Shown here: positions 27,526 to 37,467 of the stretch, in pieces
How positions within the stretch are numbered: the stretch's first letter is position 1
Layout of the letters: the number at the start of each line of letters is the position of its first letter
Assembly (NCBI GenBank): GCA_041690135.1
Contig: JAWLHY010000010.1
Location: 224,001-288,000 of the forward strand
Length of the DNA stretch: 64,000 nt
Direction: 5' to 3'
Origin: Armatimonadota bacterium
GTDB taxonomy: Bacteria; Armatimonadota; SYMT01
Program-made: the position numbers and the translations under genes
Notes under the pieces: model-generated
Told to the model about the DNA's origin: nothing
The model's input: the letters and a program-made list of their open reading frames with translations, nothing else
The model's database searches: none

Positions 27526-28553
27526 AGCAATCCCTGCACGGCGGTCAGGACACGCTCAGCGGAAAGCGCGCGCATGCAGTCCCAACGTCCACCGCAGGTC
27601 GGGTGACGGAGGCACGGGGAGCAGGTCATCGGCTCCCGGACCAACGTAAACCGTTCATAATCCTGGAACCCCGGCCACCAGGAGGCTCCGCAGACCCCCA
27701 CCGTCGGGGCGCCTACCGCGACCGCCATATGCATCAGTGCGGTGTCGACCGCCACCACCACTCGCGCACCTTCCAGGAGAGCCGCGGCGGATTTCATCGA
27801 AGTCTTTCCGGCCGCAATCGCGCACCCGCGCCGGCTTCCTTTCCGGATCTTCTCTGCCAATTCAGCGTCGCCCGCGGCGCCCATCACCACCGGAGTCAAC
27901 CCTAACCGCTCCTGGAGAAGGTCCGCCAATTCCGCCCAATTCTCCGCAAACCAATGCTTCTGCGCCCACGTGGTCGCCGGTACGAGACACGCGTAAGGCG
28001 CGCCCGCAGCCAACCCGATTTCGCCCAGCACCCGATGAGCCGCTTCCCGCTCCGCTTCCGACACGTGGACCACCATCCGCCGATCGGCGGTCGTGACCCC
28101 CAGGGGGGCCAACAGGTCGAGGCAACGCTGCCGCGAGCTCAGATCCGTCTCGCTCCGTGGGACCCGCTGATGGTAAAGCAAGTGCGCCGACTCCTTGGCC
28201 CGCGTGTTCCCCACCACCAGCCGCGCGCCGGAGAGGCGTGCCAGTACCGCGCTCCGCAACAATCCCTGACAGTCGATGGCGCAATCGAACTTCCCGCTCC
28301 TGAGGCGCTTGCCGATTTCCAGCAACGACTTCAGCGGCAGGGCTCCCTTGGGACGATCCCACGCAATGACCTCGTTGAGGTACGGATTGCCTTCCAACAC
28401 TCCGGCGGCTCGGGTCTCCACGACCCACGCCAGGTGAGCGTTGGGAAACGCCGTCCGCAGCGCGCGTGTCACGGGGGTGGTCACCACCACATCCCCGATC
28501 GCGGAGAGCCGGATGACCAGTATCCGCTGTGGAGTTACCGCCGGCGCGCTCAC
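27522..28553 (-). CDS. Glycosyltransferase family 9 (WaaC-like heptosyltransferase)
   Basis: 'IRLSAIGDVV', 'DCQGLLRSA', 'PATTWAQKHW', 'DTALMHMA'; directly after waaA. Confidence 0.9.
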   Translation of the reverse strand: MSAPAVTPQRILVIRLSAIGDVVVTTPVTRALRTAFPNAHLAWVVETRAAGVLEGNPYLNEVIAWDRPKGALPLKSLLEIGKRLRSGKFDCAIDCQGLLRSAVLARLSGARLVVGNTRAKESAHLLYHQRVPRSETDLSSRQRCLDLLAPLGVTTADRRMVVHVSEAEREAAHRVLGEIGLAAGAPYACLVPATTWAQKHWFAENWAELADLLQERLGLTPVVMGAAGDAELAEKIRKGSRRGCAIAAGKTSMKSAAALLEGARVVVAVDTALMHMAVAVGAPTVGVCGASWWPGFQDYERFTLVREPMTCSPCLRHPTCGGRWDCMRALSAERVLTAVQGLL

Positions 28554-29932
28554 CTGGGCACCTCACCCGTCACGCCTAAGTGTTCGGTGCCGGGCCGAGA
28601 AATTCCGCCCGCGAGACGGCGTAAAAGGTTGGCACATTCTTGGGCGGCGCCTGTGTTTTGGAGCAGCAGCCGATCACCCGCCGACTGCATACCGGCCCGG
28701 CGACTGGGATCGGAAAGCAAGTCGATCACCGCATCCCCCAGGGCTGTCGCGTCGGACACAACCTCCACCGCGCCCGACTCGCGGGCCAGGCGCACCAGAT
28801 CGTGCTGGTTGTGGGTGTGGGGGCCGACCAGGGTGGGCCGCCGGAAGAATAACGGTTGCAGGATGTCGTGACCGCCGATCGGCACGAGACTTCCGCCCAC
28901 GAATACCACGTCCGCCGCAGCGTAGAGGCCCGCCAGTTCCCCCATGGTATCGAGCACCAGCACTTCCACCGGACCCAGGGCGGCTTCACTCCGGCGGCCC
29001 ACCTGCCACCCTTCCCCGCGCACCGCGTTCACGACCTCTTCCGTACGCTCGATGTGCCGGGGCACCAATAGCAGGCGGATCTGCGGGATAACTTTGCTCA
29101 CGCGCCGGAAGGCTTCGAGGACCTGAGCTTCCTCTCCCGGATGCGTACTGCCCGCCAGGAACAGGAGGTTGTGGCCGAGACGATCCGGCGCGGCTTCAGT
29201 CTCCGCCGCATCGCCCGAAATGAGACCCAGGCGCTCCCGCACCACCTGGAGAGCTTCCGCGGCCGGTTGGAGAACCGGCTGCTCGAACTTGACGTTGCCA
29301 ACGACACGGACGCGATCGGCCGGCGCCCCGAGAAACAGCGCCCGTTCGGCCGCCTGTTCGGTCTGCATCCAGAGGGCCTCGAGGCAGCCCAACGCCCACC
29401 GGTACAGAGGACGAGCCTTGCGGGCGCCGCGAAAGCCCTTATCCGCGAACTGCCCGTTAACCAGCGCGGTACGGATGCCCTGAACTCGGGCCAACCAGAG
29501 CCAATTCGGCCAGATCTCGGTTTCCACCGTCGCGACCACGGTCGGTCGTACCCGCGCCAGGGCCAACCCGGCGCAGGGGAGAAAGTCGAAGGGGAAGTAA
29601 AACCAGGCGGCCGCCTGCGGGAGAAGCCTGCGCGCCTGCTGCTGCCCGGCGGGGGTGGTGGTGGAGATAACAACTTCCACTTCCGAGTCCGCCTCTCGCA
29701 GGCGCCGGGCAATTGCGGCCGCGGCGACGACTTCTCCCGCCGAAACGGCGTGCAGCCAGACCCGGCCGGCGGTGGGGGGCGGACCCAGGGAGGGCGCCCA
29801 ACCCAACCGCTGCGGCAGGCCCTCGCGGGATTTGCCGCGGATGACGAGCCGGTAGGTGAGATAGACCAGCAGCAGCGGACTGGCCGCCAGCAACAAGAGG
29901 TTGTACAGGAACGGCATCACGACGGGCGTCAC
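28550..29932 (-). CDS. waaA: Kdo transferase
   Basis: 'WLHAVSAGE', 'PFDF', 'ETEIWPN', 'GNVKFE', 'AGSTHPGEE', 'PRHIER', 'FVGGSLVPIGGH'. Confidence 0.95.
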   Translation of the reverse strand: MTPVVMPFLYNLLLLAASPLLLVYLTYRLVIRGKSREGLPQRLGWAPSLGPPPTAGRVWLHAVSAGEVVAAAAIARRLREADSEVEVVISTTTPAGQQQARRLLPQAAAWFYFPFDFLPCAGLALARVRPTVVATVETEIWPNWLWLARVQGIRTALVNGQFADKGFRGARKARPLYRWALGCLEALWMQTEQAAERALFLGAPADRVRVVGNVKFEQPVLQPAAEALQVVRERLGLISGDAAETEAAPDRLGHNLLFLAGSTHPGEEAQVLEAFRRVSKVIPQIRLLLVPRHIERTEEVVNAVRGEGWQVGRRSEAALGPVEVLVLDTMGELAGLYAAADVVFVGGSLVPIGGHDILQPLFFRRPTLVGPHTHNQHDLVRLARESGAVEVVSDATALGDAVIDLLSDPSRRAGMQSAGDRLLLQNTGAAQECANLLRRLAGGISRPGTEHLGVTGEVPR

Positions 29933-31767
29933 TCGCGCGGGGCGCGGCCGTTGTCATCCCCTTCCCACCGGAACTGCGTGCGATAGAGGTCCGAGTAGAT
30001 GCCGCCCTTGGCGAGCAACTCGTCGTGCCTCCCCATTTCGACCAGGTGTCCTTCCTTGAGCACCAGGATCTTGTGGGCGTTCCGGATGGTCGTGAGGCGA
30101 TGCGCGATCACCAGCGTCGTACGATGCTTGGTAACCTTCTGGAGCGCATCCTGCACCAGCGCTTCTGACTGGGTATCCAGAGAAGAAGTAGCCTCATCGA
30201 GGATGAGAATGCGAGGATTTCGCAGCACGGCTCGCGCGATGGCGATGCGCTGCCGTTGGCCGCCGGAAAGCATCACCCCGCGCTCGCCGACCCGGGTTTC
30301 GAGCCCCTCCGGCAACCGTTCGATAAACTCCCAGGCGTTCGCCAGCTTTGCCGCCTCGATCAACTCTTCATCGGAAGCATTGAGACGTCCGTAGGCGATG
30401 TTCTCCCGCAAAGTGCCGGCGAACAGCATCGTGTCCTGCGGGACGATGCCGATCTGGTCGCGGAGCGAGGCCAGGGTACAGTCGCGCACGTCGACACCAT
30501 CGATGCGGATCGCGCCGTTGGTTACGTCGTAGAACCGTGGAATGAGAGCGGCGATCGTGGTCTTCCCCGCTCCCGTGGGCCCCACGATGGCGACGGTTTC
30601 GCCCGGCTGCATCTCAAAGGAGATTTCGGCCAGAACGGGAATGCCCCCCGTATAGGCGAACTCCACCTGCTCAAAAGTCACGTGCCCGGTCACGTCTTTG
30701 AGGGGAATGGCGTCCGGCTTTTCGGTGATCTCGCTCTTATGGGAGAGCACGGTAAAGATGCGGTCCGCCGCCACTCCCGCCGCCGCAAAACCGATGGAAA
30801 TACGCCCCGCTTCCTGCGCCGAGTTCGCAATCTGCTGAAGCACCAGCACGAACCAGGTCAGCGTTCCCAGCGTCAGGTTGCCCCAGCCCTTCACGATCTG
30901 GATGCCGCCCACCCAGAGGACCAGCATGATCGAGAGGGCACCCATCATCTCGATGCTGGGCTTCATCGCCAGGCGCACCCGGGCAGAGCGCATCATCCCG
31001 CGGAAGACGTTGTCGTTCGCCTTCTGGAAGCGGCGGATCTCATAGGCCTCGCGACCAAAGGCCCGGACCACGCGCCCGCCCGCCAGGGTTTCCTCGGCCA
31101 GGTCGATGACGTCGGCGCGCGAACCCTGGAGTTGCTCCGTGTACTGGCGCGTCTTGCGGGTGGCCCAGTTGATGACCAGCGCGACCGGGGGCAGGAGGAT
31201 GCAGGTGATCAGGGCCAGCGGCCAGTTCAAGTAGAAGAGCAGGCCCGTTCCCAGCACGATCATCACGGGCGCATAGATCGAATCCTGGATCGTTTCCAGA
31301 ATTCCGATCGCGACCGGCACGTCGCTGCTGATGGTGGCCATCAATTGACCGGTCTTGCGGTTATCGAAGTAGCTCTGACTCATGTGTTGGAGATGAGCGT
31401 AGAGATCATCGCGTAACCGCTGCGCCAGCTTCTGGGACGCGTAGGTCCAGGGGTAGTTCATGCAGAAATACACGCCCCCCTTGGCCACCATCCACACCAC
31501 TCCGAGGAAGGTGTACTTGTTCAACTCGTCCAGGCGGCCTTCGCCTCCGCTCTTGCTCAGCACATCCAGGAACATTTTGGCCAGACCGCCGTAACCCAGG
31601 TTGGCGACCGACCAGATGAGCGTGAAGAAGAAGGCGATGACCATCACCTTCCAGAGAGGGACCAAGTAAAGGAGTAACCGCCGGATCCCTTCCCAGGAAC
31701 CGAGCTCACCCCGAACGCGCTCCAGACCGCCTTTGTGACGGGTCCACGCCTTACCTTTTTTCTTCAC
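29929..31767 (-). CDS. msbA: Lipid A/core exporter ABC transporter (TMD+NBD)
   Basis: Walker A 'GPTGAGKT', signature 'LSGGQRQR', 'ILDEATSSLD'; position inside the lipid A operon. Confidence 0.85.
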   Translation of the reverse strand: MKKKGKAWTRHKGGLERVRGELGSWEGIRRLLLYLVPLWKVMVIAFFFTLIWSVANLGYGGLAKMFLDVLSKSGGEGRLDELNKYTFLGVVWMVAKGGVYFCMNYPWTYASQKLAQRLRDDLYAHLQHMSQSYFDNRKTGQLMATISSDVPVAIGILETIQDSIYAPVMIVLGTGLLFYLNWPLALITCILLPPVALVINWATRKTRQYTEQLQGSRADVIDLAEETLAGGRVVRAFGREAYEIRRFQKANDNVFRGMMRSARVRLAMKPSIEMMGALSIMLVLWVGGIQIVKGWGNLTLGTLTWFVLVLQQIANSAQEAGRISIGFAAAGVAADRIFTVLSHKSEITEKPDAIPLKDVTGHVTFEQVEFAYTGGIPVLAEISFEMQPGETVAIVGPTGAGKTTIAALIPRFYDVTNGAIRIDGVDVRDCTLASLRDQIGIVPQDTMLFAGTLRENIAYGRLNASDEELIEAAKLANAWEFIERLPEGLETRVGERGVMLSGGQRQRIAIARAVLRNPRILILDEATSSLDTQSEALVQDALQKVTKHRTTLVIAHRLTTIRNAHKILVLKEGHLVEMGRHDELLAKGGIYSDLYRTQFRWEGDDNGRAPRE

Positions 31768-31813
31768 GGCACACGATCCATTTCCAGCGGGTAGCAGGTG
31801 GCAGCGAGCGTTC

Positions 31814-32560
31814 CTAGAGTTGCCAGAACATCTTCACCACGAAGATGCTGGAGAGCACGATCACCCAGATGATGTTCACGTACTCTTTATTGGCGCGCAC
31901 CTGTTTCCAGTCGAAGCGGCCGCGCCCTTGTTCCGGGCGCTGAAGGCGGGGAATGAACCGGGGGACACGGCGACAGTAGGCCGCATACCGTTCGCCGAAC
32001 AATTTGTACAGCATCGCCTCTTCGGTGGTGACCGCGGCGCTGTAGAGGATCAGGAACAGGGGGATGTTGATGAACGCGCTCTGCCAGAGACCGGTCATAA
32101 AGCAAAGCGCCACCGCATGGACGAAACTGCCCACGTAGAGGGGATGGCGAACGAAGGCATAGGGCCCGGCGGTGGTCAACTCTTCCGTCTTGTGGATGGT
32201 TCCGGCCGCCCAGATGCGAATGACCTCCGCCAGAAGGGACAGGGCGATGCCGACCCCCAGCGTCCATGGACGAGGCTGCGCCCAGGGAACCATACAGAGA
32301 ATGCCGAGGAGGACGATAAACGTCCGCCGCCGGAACAGGAACGCCACTACCGGATGGGGAGTAACGATCTCATCGAACTTGGAAAGGTTGCCGTCCGCAT
32401 TCCGAAGTGGGATGGAGGGGGTGCACGGCTCGTCGTCTTTTACGGCTGCTTCGCGTTCCACTACGGCTGTCCCTGCGCTGCTCGGCGAGTCGATCTTCGG
32501 CACTAGAGTAGTACTCCCTCTGAACACCAGCTCCGGACGAGGTCCTGCAATCCCCTTCAC
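31814..32560 (-). CDS. Isoprenylcysteine carboxyl methyltransferase (ICMT/Ste14/PEMT) family membrane protein
   Basis: 'LTTAGPYAFVRHPLYVG', 'EEAML...FGERYAAYCRRVPRFIP'; start uncertain. Confidence 0.88.
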   Translation of the reverse strand: MKGIAGPRPELVFRGSTTLVPKIDSPSSAGTAVVEREAAVKDDEPCTPSIPLRNADGNLSKFDEIVTPHPVVAFLFRRRTFIVLLGILCMVPWAQPRPWTLGVGIALSLLAEVIRIWAAGTIHKTEELTTAGPYAFVRHPLYVGSFVHAVALCFMTGLWQSAFINIPLFLILYSAAVTTEEAMLYKLFGERYAAYCRRVPRFIPRLQRPEQGRGRFDWKQVRANKEYVNIIWVIVLSSIFVVKMFWQL

Positions 32561-32663
32561 CCGGGCCGGCGCGAAACCTGCCGGGCGTCCTCAATATCCC
32601 ACCCTTAGCTAACGAGAGATAGGGCGTCTTGAGTTCACCTGATGGCAGGTCGGGCTTCCAGGG

Positions 32664-33470
32664 CTACTCTCGCGGACGCGGACGGTTCGGATCGTTCTGG
32701 CGTCCCGCGTAGCCTCGCCGGATCTTGGTCAGGAATTCCAGCAGGTAATCCCGCTCGTCGCTGGGATCGACTTCGTTATAAACGGACTCGATCCCCTGGG
32801 AGAGATTCAGGTTGCTCCGGTAGATCAGGCGAAACGCCTGTTTCAGGCCGGAACGCACCTTGGGGGGTATCCCGGCCCGCCGGAGCCCCAGGACGTTCAA
32901 GCCTACCACTTCCGTAGGTCGGCCGTCTACCATCGTGAACGGAGGCACATCGGTGACCACTTTCGACATGCCGCCGATCATGGCAAGGCGCCCGATGCGG
33001 ACGAACTGGTGGAGACCAACGATTCCACCGAACACGACGCGATCTTCGACCACGCAGTGTCCGCTGATGCCCACCTGGTTAGCCATGATGATCCCGTTGC
33101 CCATTTCGGTATTGTGACCGATATGGCAGTAGGCCATGATCATGTTCCCGTCGCCGATCCGGGTCGCCTGTTCTTCGCCCGTGGCCCGGTGGATCGTGAC
33201 GAATTCCCGGATGACATTCCGGTTTCCGATGACCAGGTAAGTCCGCTCGCCTTTGTACTTGTGATCCTGCGGCGGCCCGCCCAGTACGGCGCCCTGGCGG
33301 ACCTGGCATTCCTCACCAATGGTGGTGTGCGGCTCAATGACCACGTGGGACTCCAGGGAAGTCCCACGACCGATGGAAACGTTGTTACCGATAACACAGT
33401 AGGGCCCGACGGTGACGTCAGGCGCCAACTCCGCCGTCGAATCAACGACGGCGGTAGGGTGGATCCTCAT
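32664..33470 (-). CDS. lpxA: UDP-GlcNAc O-acyltransferase
   Basis: Hexapeptide repeats; 'PQDHKYKGE', 'IREFVTIHRAT', 'HIGHN', 'HQFVRIG'. Confidence 0.96.
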   Translation of the reverse strand: MRIHPTAVVDSTAELAPDVTVGPYCVIGNNVSIGRGTSLESHVVIEPHTTIGEECQVRQGAVLGGPPQDHKYKGERTYLVIGNRNVIREFVTIHRATGEEQATRIGDGNMIMAYCHIGHNTEMGNGIIMANQVGISGHCVVEDRVVFGGIVGLHQFVRIGRLAMIGGMSKVVTDVPPFTMVDGRPTEVVGLNVLGLRRAGIPPKVRSGLKQAFRLIYRSNLNLSQGIESVYNEVDPSDERDYLLEFLTKIRRGYAGRQNDPNRPRPRE

Positions 33471-33554
33471 CTCAGCACCTCAGCTTCCCGCGACGCCAAT
33501 CAGCATCCCGGGAAGGGACTCGCGCGAGCGGTCTCCCGTCGTTAAACGAGGGGA

Positions 33555-33992
33555 CTACCGCTCGCGGGCTGTGACTGCATAGCGCAGTTCCGCTTCCGCG
33601 ACGACCTCTCCGTCGACCAGCGACTTACACTCAATCCGACCAAAACCGCGCCGGTGCCAGATCAATCGCACTTCGTTGACGAGTTGATCGCCCGGCACCA
33701 CGGGCTTCTTGAAACGCACCTTTTCTGCGCCCGCCAGGAAAACGAGGTTGTCCTCGTGCCCATCCATACTCAGAAGGATGATGGCCCCCGTTTGCGCGAG
33801 CGACTCGAGGATGAGCACGCCCGGCATGGTGGGCTGGCCGGGGAAATGGCCCGGGAAGAACGGTTCGTTGACCGTTACGTTCTTGATCGCCTTGCAGAAT
33901 TCCCCGGGGACCAGTTCCAGTACGCGGTCCAGGAGAAGGAAGGGGTAGCGATGGGGAAGGAGTTCGCTAATCTCCCGAATGCTCAGCGCCAT
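33555..33992 (-). CDS. fabZ: 3-hydroxyacyl-ACP dehydratase
   Basis: 'LPHRYPFLLLDRV', 'FFPGHFP...MPGVLILESLAQ', 'FKKPVVPGD'. Confidence 0.97.
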   Translation of the reverse strand: MALSIREISELLPHRYPFLLLDRVLELVPGEFCKAIKNVTVNEPFFPGHFPGQPTMPGVLILESLAQTGAIILLSMDGHEDNLVFLAGAEKVRFKKPVVPGDQLVNEVRLIWHRRGFGRIECKSLVDGEVVAEAELRYAVTARER

Positions 33993-34944
33993 GGGCCATT
34001 CTCCGAATCTGTTTGGCTACCTGGACATGCAGGGAGTGCCCGGCCTTAATGGCCACCACACAGGCGTGGAGGCGGCCACCGACCAGGGCCATATCGCCCA
34101 ACAAGTCGAGAGTCTTATGTCGCGCAAGCTCATCTACGAACCGCATGGGCGTGCTGGGCCCGGAGTCCGAGAGGACGAGCGTGTTATCGAGGCTTCCACC
34201 CGCCCCAAGGCCGGCGGCACGCAGGGGGGCGATCCAATCCTCAAAACAGAAGGTACGGGCGGGCGCCAGTTGCTCCAGGAAGAAACTCAGCGGCGTTCCG
34301 CCTTCCAGCGCCGGCTGCTTGAGCGGGGGTAGCAACGCCGCCACCAGTCCGGAAGCGGCCCCCACCAGTTCCAACGCTTCGATCGAACGCTGCGGGCCCT
34401 CCGTGGAGTAGGAGAAACTCTGCGGGCCGGCAAAGGGTCGGCCGAAGTCCACCGCCCCGATGGCCGTGAAACAATCCATGGGAGCGGCGAGGACGTGGCG
34501 TTCGCCATCCTGCGCCCACACGACGTTCTTCAGCCACACCTCATGGGGGCGAGCATCTTGCTGACGCACTCCCGCGGCGAGCAGCCCTTCCGCGAACGGA
34601 AGCGCGCTGCCGTCCATGGCGGGCAGTTCGGGGCCTTCGATCTGGATCTCGGCATTGTCGATCCCCAGCGCGTACATGGCCGCGAGGAGATGTTCCACCG
34701 TGTAGATCACGGTGTCGCCGGAAACCAACGCACTGCAGCGCGTCGTCTCACCAATATATTCGGCAAGCGCCGGAATGCGTCTCCCCTCCGAGACAAACAC
34801 GCGACCGTGATCCGCGGGCGCGGGGCATACGGTAATCCGGCTGGGGCGGCCGGTGTGCAGACCGATACCAGTGAATACAGCTTCCGTGTGGAGGGTCTGT
34901 TGCTGGGGCGGGAGAAGCTCCGCGCCGGGGAAGGGCACGGCCAT
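33967..34944 (-). CDS. lpxC: UDP-3-O-acyl-GlcNAc deacetylase
   Basis: 'GIGLHTG', 'TVEHLLAA', 'MDGSA', 'PARTF', 'RHKTLDLLGD', 'AGHSLH'. Confidence 0.93.
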   Translation of the reverse strand: MAVPFPGAELLPPQQQTLHTEAVFTGIGLHTGRPSRITVCPAPADHGRVFVSEGRRIPALAEYIGETTRCSALVSGDTVIYTVEHLLAAMYALGIDNAEIQIEGPELPAMDGSALPFAEGLLAAGVRQQDARPHEVWLKNVVWAQDGERHVLAAPMDCFTAIGAVDFGRPFAGPQSFSYSTEGPQRSIEALELVGAASGLVAALLPPLKQPALEGGTPLSFFLEQLAPARTFCFEDWIAPLRAAGLGAGGSLDNTLVLSDSGPSTPMRFVDELARHKTLDLLGDMALVGGRLHACVVAIKAGHSLHVQVAKQIRRMAHGAEHSGD

Positions 34945-35240
34945 GTCGATGTTCGTTTACTCCTGGCAAATTGGGCGAGCGCCCTGCTGGTCCGCAGCTA
35001 ATTATGGAGGACTGACTGAGGAGACCGGATAGCTCCGTGCTACGGCGATGGTACACCGCGACGACTTGCCCCCGGCGACAAGCTCCCACAACTCCTTGTC
35101 GGCCGGGGTGCCGGTAACGGAACAGGCAAATGCCTCCGGAAGTGTATCGCAGGCAATTCGCAATCGATAAAGAGAAGGTACTGAATTCCGACCCAAGGGG
35201 GACCTTTCCGGTTCCGCGCCGCTTGCAGGACGGCGCAATT

Positions 35241-35269
35241 TCGCCACCCATGGCCTGTGCGAGTATAAT
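35241..35269 (+). promoter_or_regulatory. Putative sigma70 promoter for the sulfotransferase
   Basis: TCGCCA-N17-TATAAT. Confidence 0.4.
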
Positions 35270-35340
35270 TGGCCGGCGGGAATCAAGAGGTCCGTGCAGG
35301 AGGGACCCGATGATACATCGTACCCGACCCACTGCTCAAG

Positions 35341-36201
35341 ATGAGAACCACCCCCAAGAAGAAGTTCAAAAAACGCGGACACCCACCCCTGGAACGGCTA
35401 TCCTGGAGTCTTGCGAGCCTCAACCCGGCCGGAAAAGCGGCCTGGCTGGAGCGCCGGCTGCAGGTGGACCCGAACTACGGCTGGCTCTTTGTCCTGGGCG
35501 TGAATAACTCCGGAACAACCCTGGTCAAGCGGCTACTGCAGGACCATCCGGAAATGCGCCCTCTCCCCCGCGAGGGACAGGAACTCTCCCATGCGCTCCC
35601 TCGCGGCACGGATTTCCGGATTCCGCGGGCCTGGGGCCTGCTTGCGGACAAGTTTCACTGGACGGAGGAGCACGACCCGGAACCCAGCTTCCGCGTCAAG
35701 TTCGACTGGGCCCCTTATTTCCCCGCCCGTCCCGGCTATCTTCTGGACAAGAGCCCCACCAATACGATGCGCTCTCGGTGGCTGCAGCAGAATTTCCGCC
35801 CCGCGCGATTTCTCGCCATCGTACGGCACCCTTACCCCATCTGCGAAGGAATCCGGAGACGCAACGGCCGGGATCTGGAATCGGCGGCGCGCCACTGGAC
35901 CACGGCCATGGAAACGATGTTCGCCGATATCGAGCATCTCGAGAAGTGCCTCTGGTTCCGCTATGAGGACCTGACCAGCGAGCCGGAGAAGACCGTCGAG
36001 CGGATTGAAGCGTTCCTGGAAGTGAAGAATCGCCTCGATCGCTCCGTGCTGACCAACATCAAGGTGCACAGCATCGAAGGCGTCACGACCGGGGTGAAGA
36101 GCCTCAACGAAAAGAGCCTCGCCAACCTCACCGAGGAAGACCGGCGCATCATCCGCGCGCAGGCTCTCCCGATGATGGAGCGACTGGGATACGAAGGCTA
36201 G
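35341..36201 (+). CDS. PAPS-dependent sulfotransferase (Sulfotransfer_3-like)
   Basis: 5'-PSB loop 'FVLGVNNSGTTLV', 'LDKSP', 'IVRHP', 'RYEDL...P'. Confidence 0.88.
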   Translation: MRTTPKKKFKKRGHPPLERLSWSLASLNPAGKAAWLERRLQVDPNYGWLFVLGVNNSGTTLVKRLLQDHPEMRPLPREGQELSHALPRGTDFRIPRAWGLLADKFHWTEEHDPEPSFRVKFDWAPYFPARPGYLLDKSPTNTMRSRWLQQNFRPARFLAIVRHPYPICEGIRRRNGRDLESAARHWTTAMETMFADIEHLEKCLWFRYEDLTSEPEKTVERIEAFLEVKNRLDRSVLTNIKVHSIEGVTTGVKSLNEKSLANLTEEDRRIIRAQALPMMERLGYEG

Positions 36202-36252
36202 CCGTACGGCTTCCTCCCAAGCCCAGCGCCAATCAGAATGGACGACTTGAAG

Positions 36253-36296
36253 AAAGGGGGAATCGGAACCGATGTGGTTCGGAGATCCCCCCTTTC
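36253..36296. terminator. Hairpin between convergent genes (possible bidirectional terminator)
   Basis: AAAGGGGGAATC...GATCCCCCCTTT inverted repeat. Confidence 0.45.
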
Positions 36297-36326
36297 CCCC
36301 AATTCCCCCCTTACCATTCCCGAAGC

Positions 36327-37169
36327 TTAATCACCCGCTTGCGCCGTCCAGGAGCGGTACGTGGAAAGTACAACTCCTCTCCGGTCCAGGGCTCGCCGCA
36401 CCTCGCCGGACTGCAGCGCCGCGTATTCACGCCGCCCGGATTCCGTACCCAGGTCGGGATGGCAGTGGAGTTCCAGGTCACCGTCCGGAAGTTCCTCGAT
36501 GAGGCGGACCAGGTACGGGACGTCGAGACGGCCCGACCGGAAGAAGCCGTAACAGCGGCGGGGAGAGTGTAGCCCCGCCGCCGCAACCCGCTCCCGCTGT
36601 CCCGCGCACAAGTGGCGGAAGGCTACCGCCATTCCCCACTGCCGCCGAGCATCCTCCGGGTCGAGCCGGCGATACAACGCGTAGTCATCCTCCGGCACAC
36701 GGAAGCCCACGGCTCGATGCTCCCGTGCCAGGCGCAGGGCGAGGTCGAAGATGGACGGCGTAAGGCCCATGTGGACGTGCGTGTCCACGTGGGATAACGG
36801 CTGGCCGGTCCCGGTGAACGCCTTGAATTGCGCCCTCGCTTCCCGCTGCAGATCGTTGCGGACGACCGGACGGCAGCTATAGCGGATTCCGGCGCGGATC
36901 GGATCCCTCGGAAACCAACCCCGCCGGTCCACCAACCGGGGTATCTCCTCACGGGGCAAGACCGCGGGTGCGGCGAGGAAAGTCAAGTGCAGGCCCACGG
37001 CGAGATCCGGCAAGCTCGCCAGGCGTTCCACCGCTTCCGCCGCCGCGGGCGCTCCCACCATCAAGCTCGTGCTGGTGATCGCGCCTTCCGCGGCGAGCCG
37101 GGCTACCGCCTCGTTGACGCTCTCGGACCAACCAAAATCGTCCGCGTTGATGATGAGACGGCAGGCCAT
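36327..37169 (-). CDS. YdjC/ChbG/HpnK-family carbohydrate deacetylase
   Basis: 'LIINADDFG', 'TSTSLMV', 'VGLHL', 'HVDTHVH', 'ELHCHP'; start MACRL at 37169. Confidence 0.9.
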   Translation of the reverse strand: MACRLIINADDFGWSESVNEAVARLAAEGAITSTSLMVGAPAAAEAVERLASLPDLAVGLHLTFLAAPAVLPREEIPRLVDRRGWFPRDPIRAGIRYSCRPVVRNDLQREARAQFKAFTGTGQPLSHVDTHVHMGLTPSIFDLALRLAREHRAVGFRVPEDDYALYRRLDPEDARRQWGMAVAFRHLCAGQRERVAAAGLHSPRRCYGFFRSGRLDVPYLVRLIEELPDGDLELHCHPDLGTESGRREYAALQSGEVRRALDRRGVVLSTYRSWTAQAGD

Positions 37170-37432
37170 GCGGATACGGTTACGGACAGAGATAAAGATA
37201 AGGAAAAGGATAAGGAGAAGCCCGATACTGGTTGTACACGGCACAGCAGGACCAGGTTTCTCGTGCCGGCACGGAGGGTGGGGACGCGTACTGCCGGGTT
37301 TTACGGTTCGGTTGGCGTCTCGTCCTACGGCCGAAGAGATGCGTGTAAAAAAGCCGGATAAATCAGAGGTTTATCCCCCATGGGGGGGTGGTAATTCATA
37401 GACGTGTTCCAAATCCTAACTCCCTACCGGTG

Positions 37433-37467
37433 GCCTGCCAGCCTCGCGCTTCGGCAGGCTTTTTTTT
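37433..37467 (+). terminator. Rho-independent terminator-like hairpin oriented on the + strand
   Basis: GCCTGCC-loop-GGCAGGC followed by T8. Confidence 0.6.

Noticed and set aside
37170-37244. Apparent signal/TM segment 'LLLILFLIFISV' on the deacetylase
   Set aside because: Produced by translating a hexamer purine repeat; the family starts at RLIINADD.
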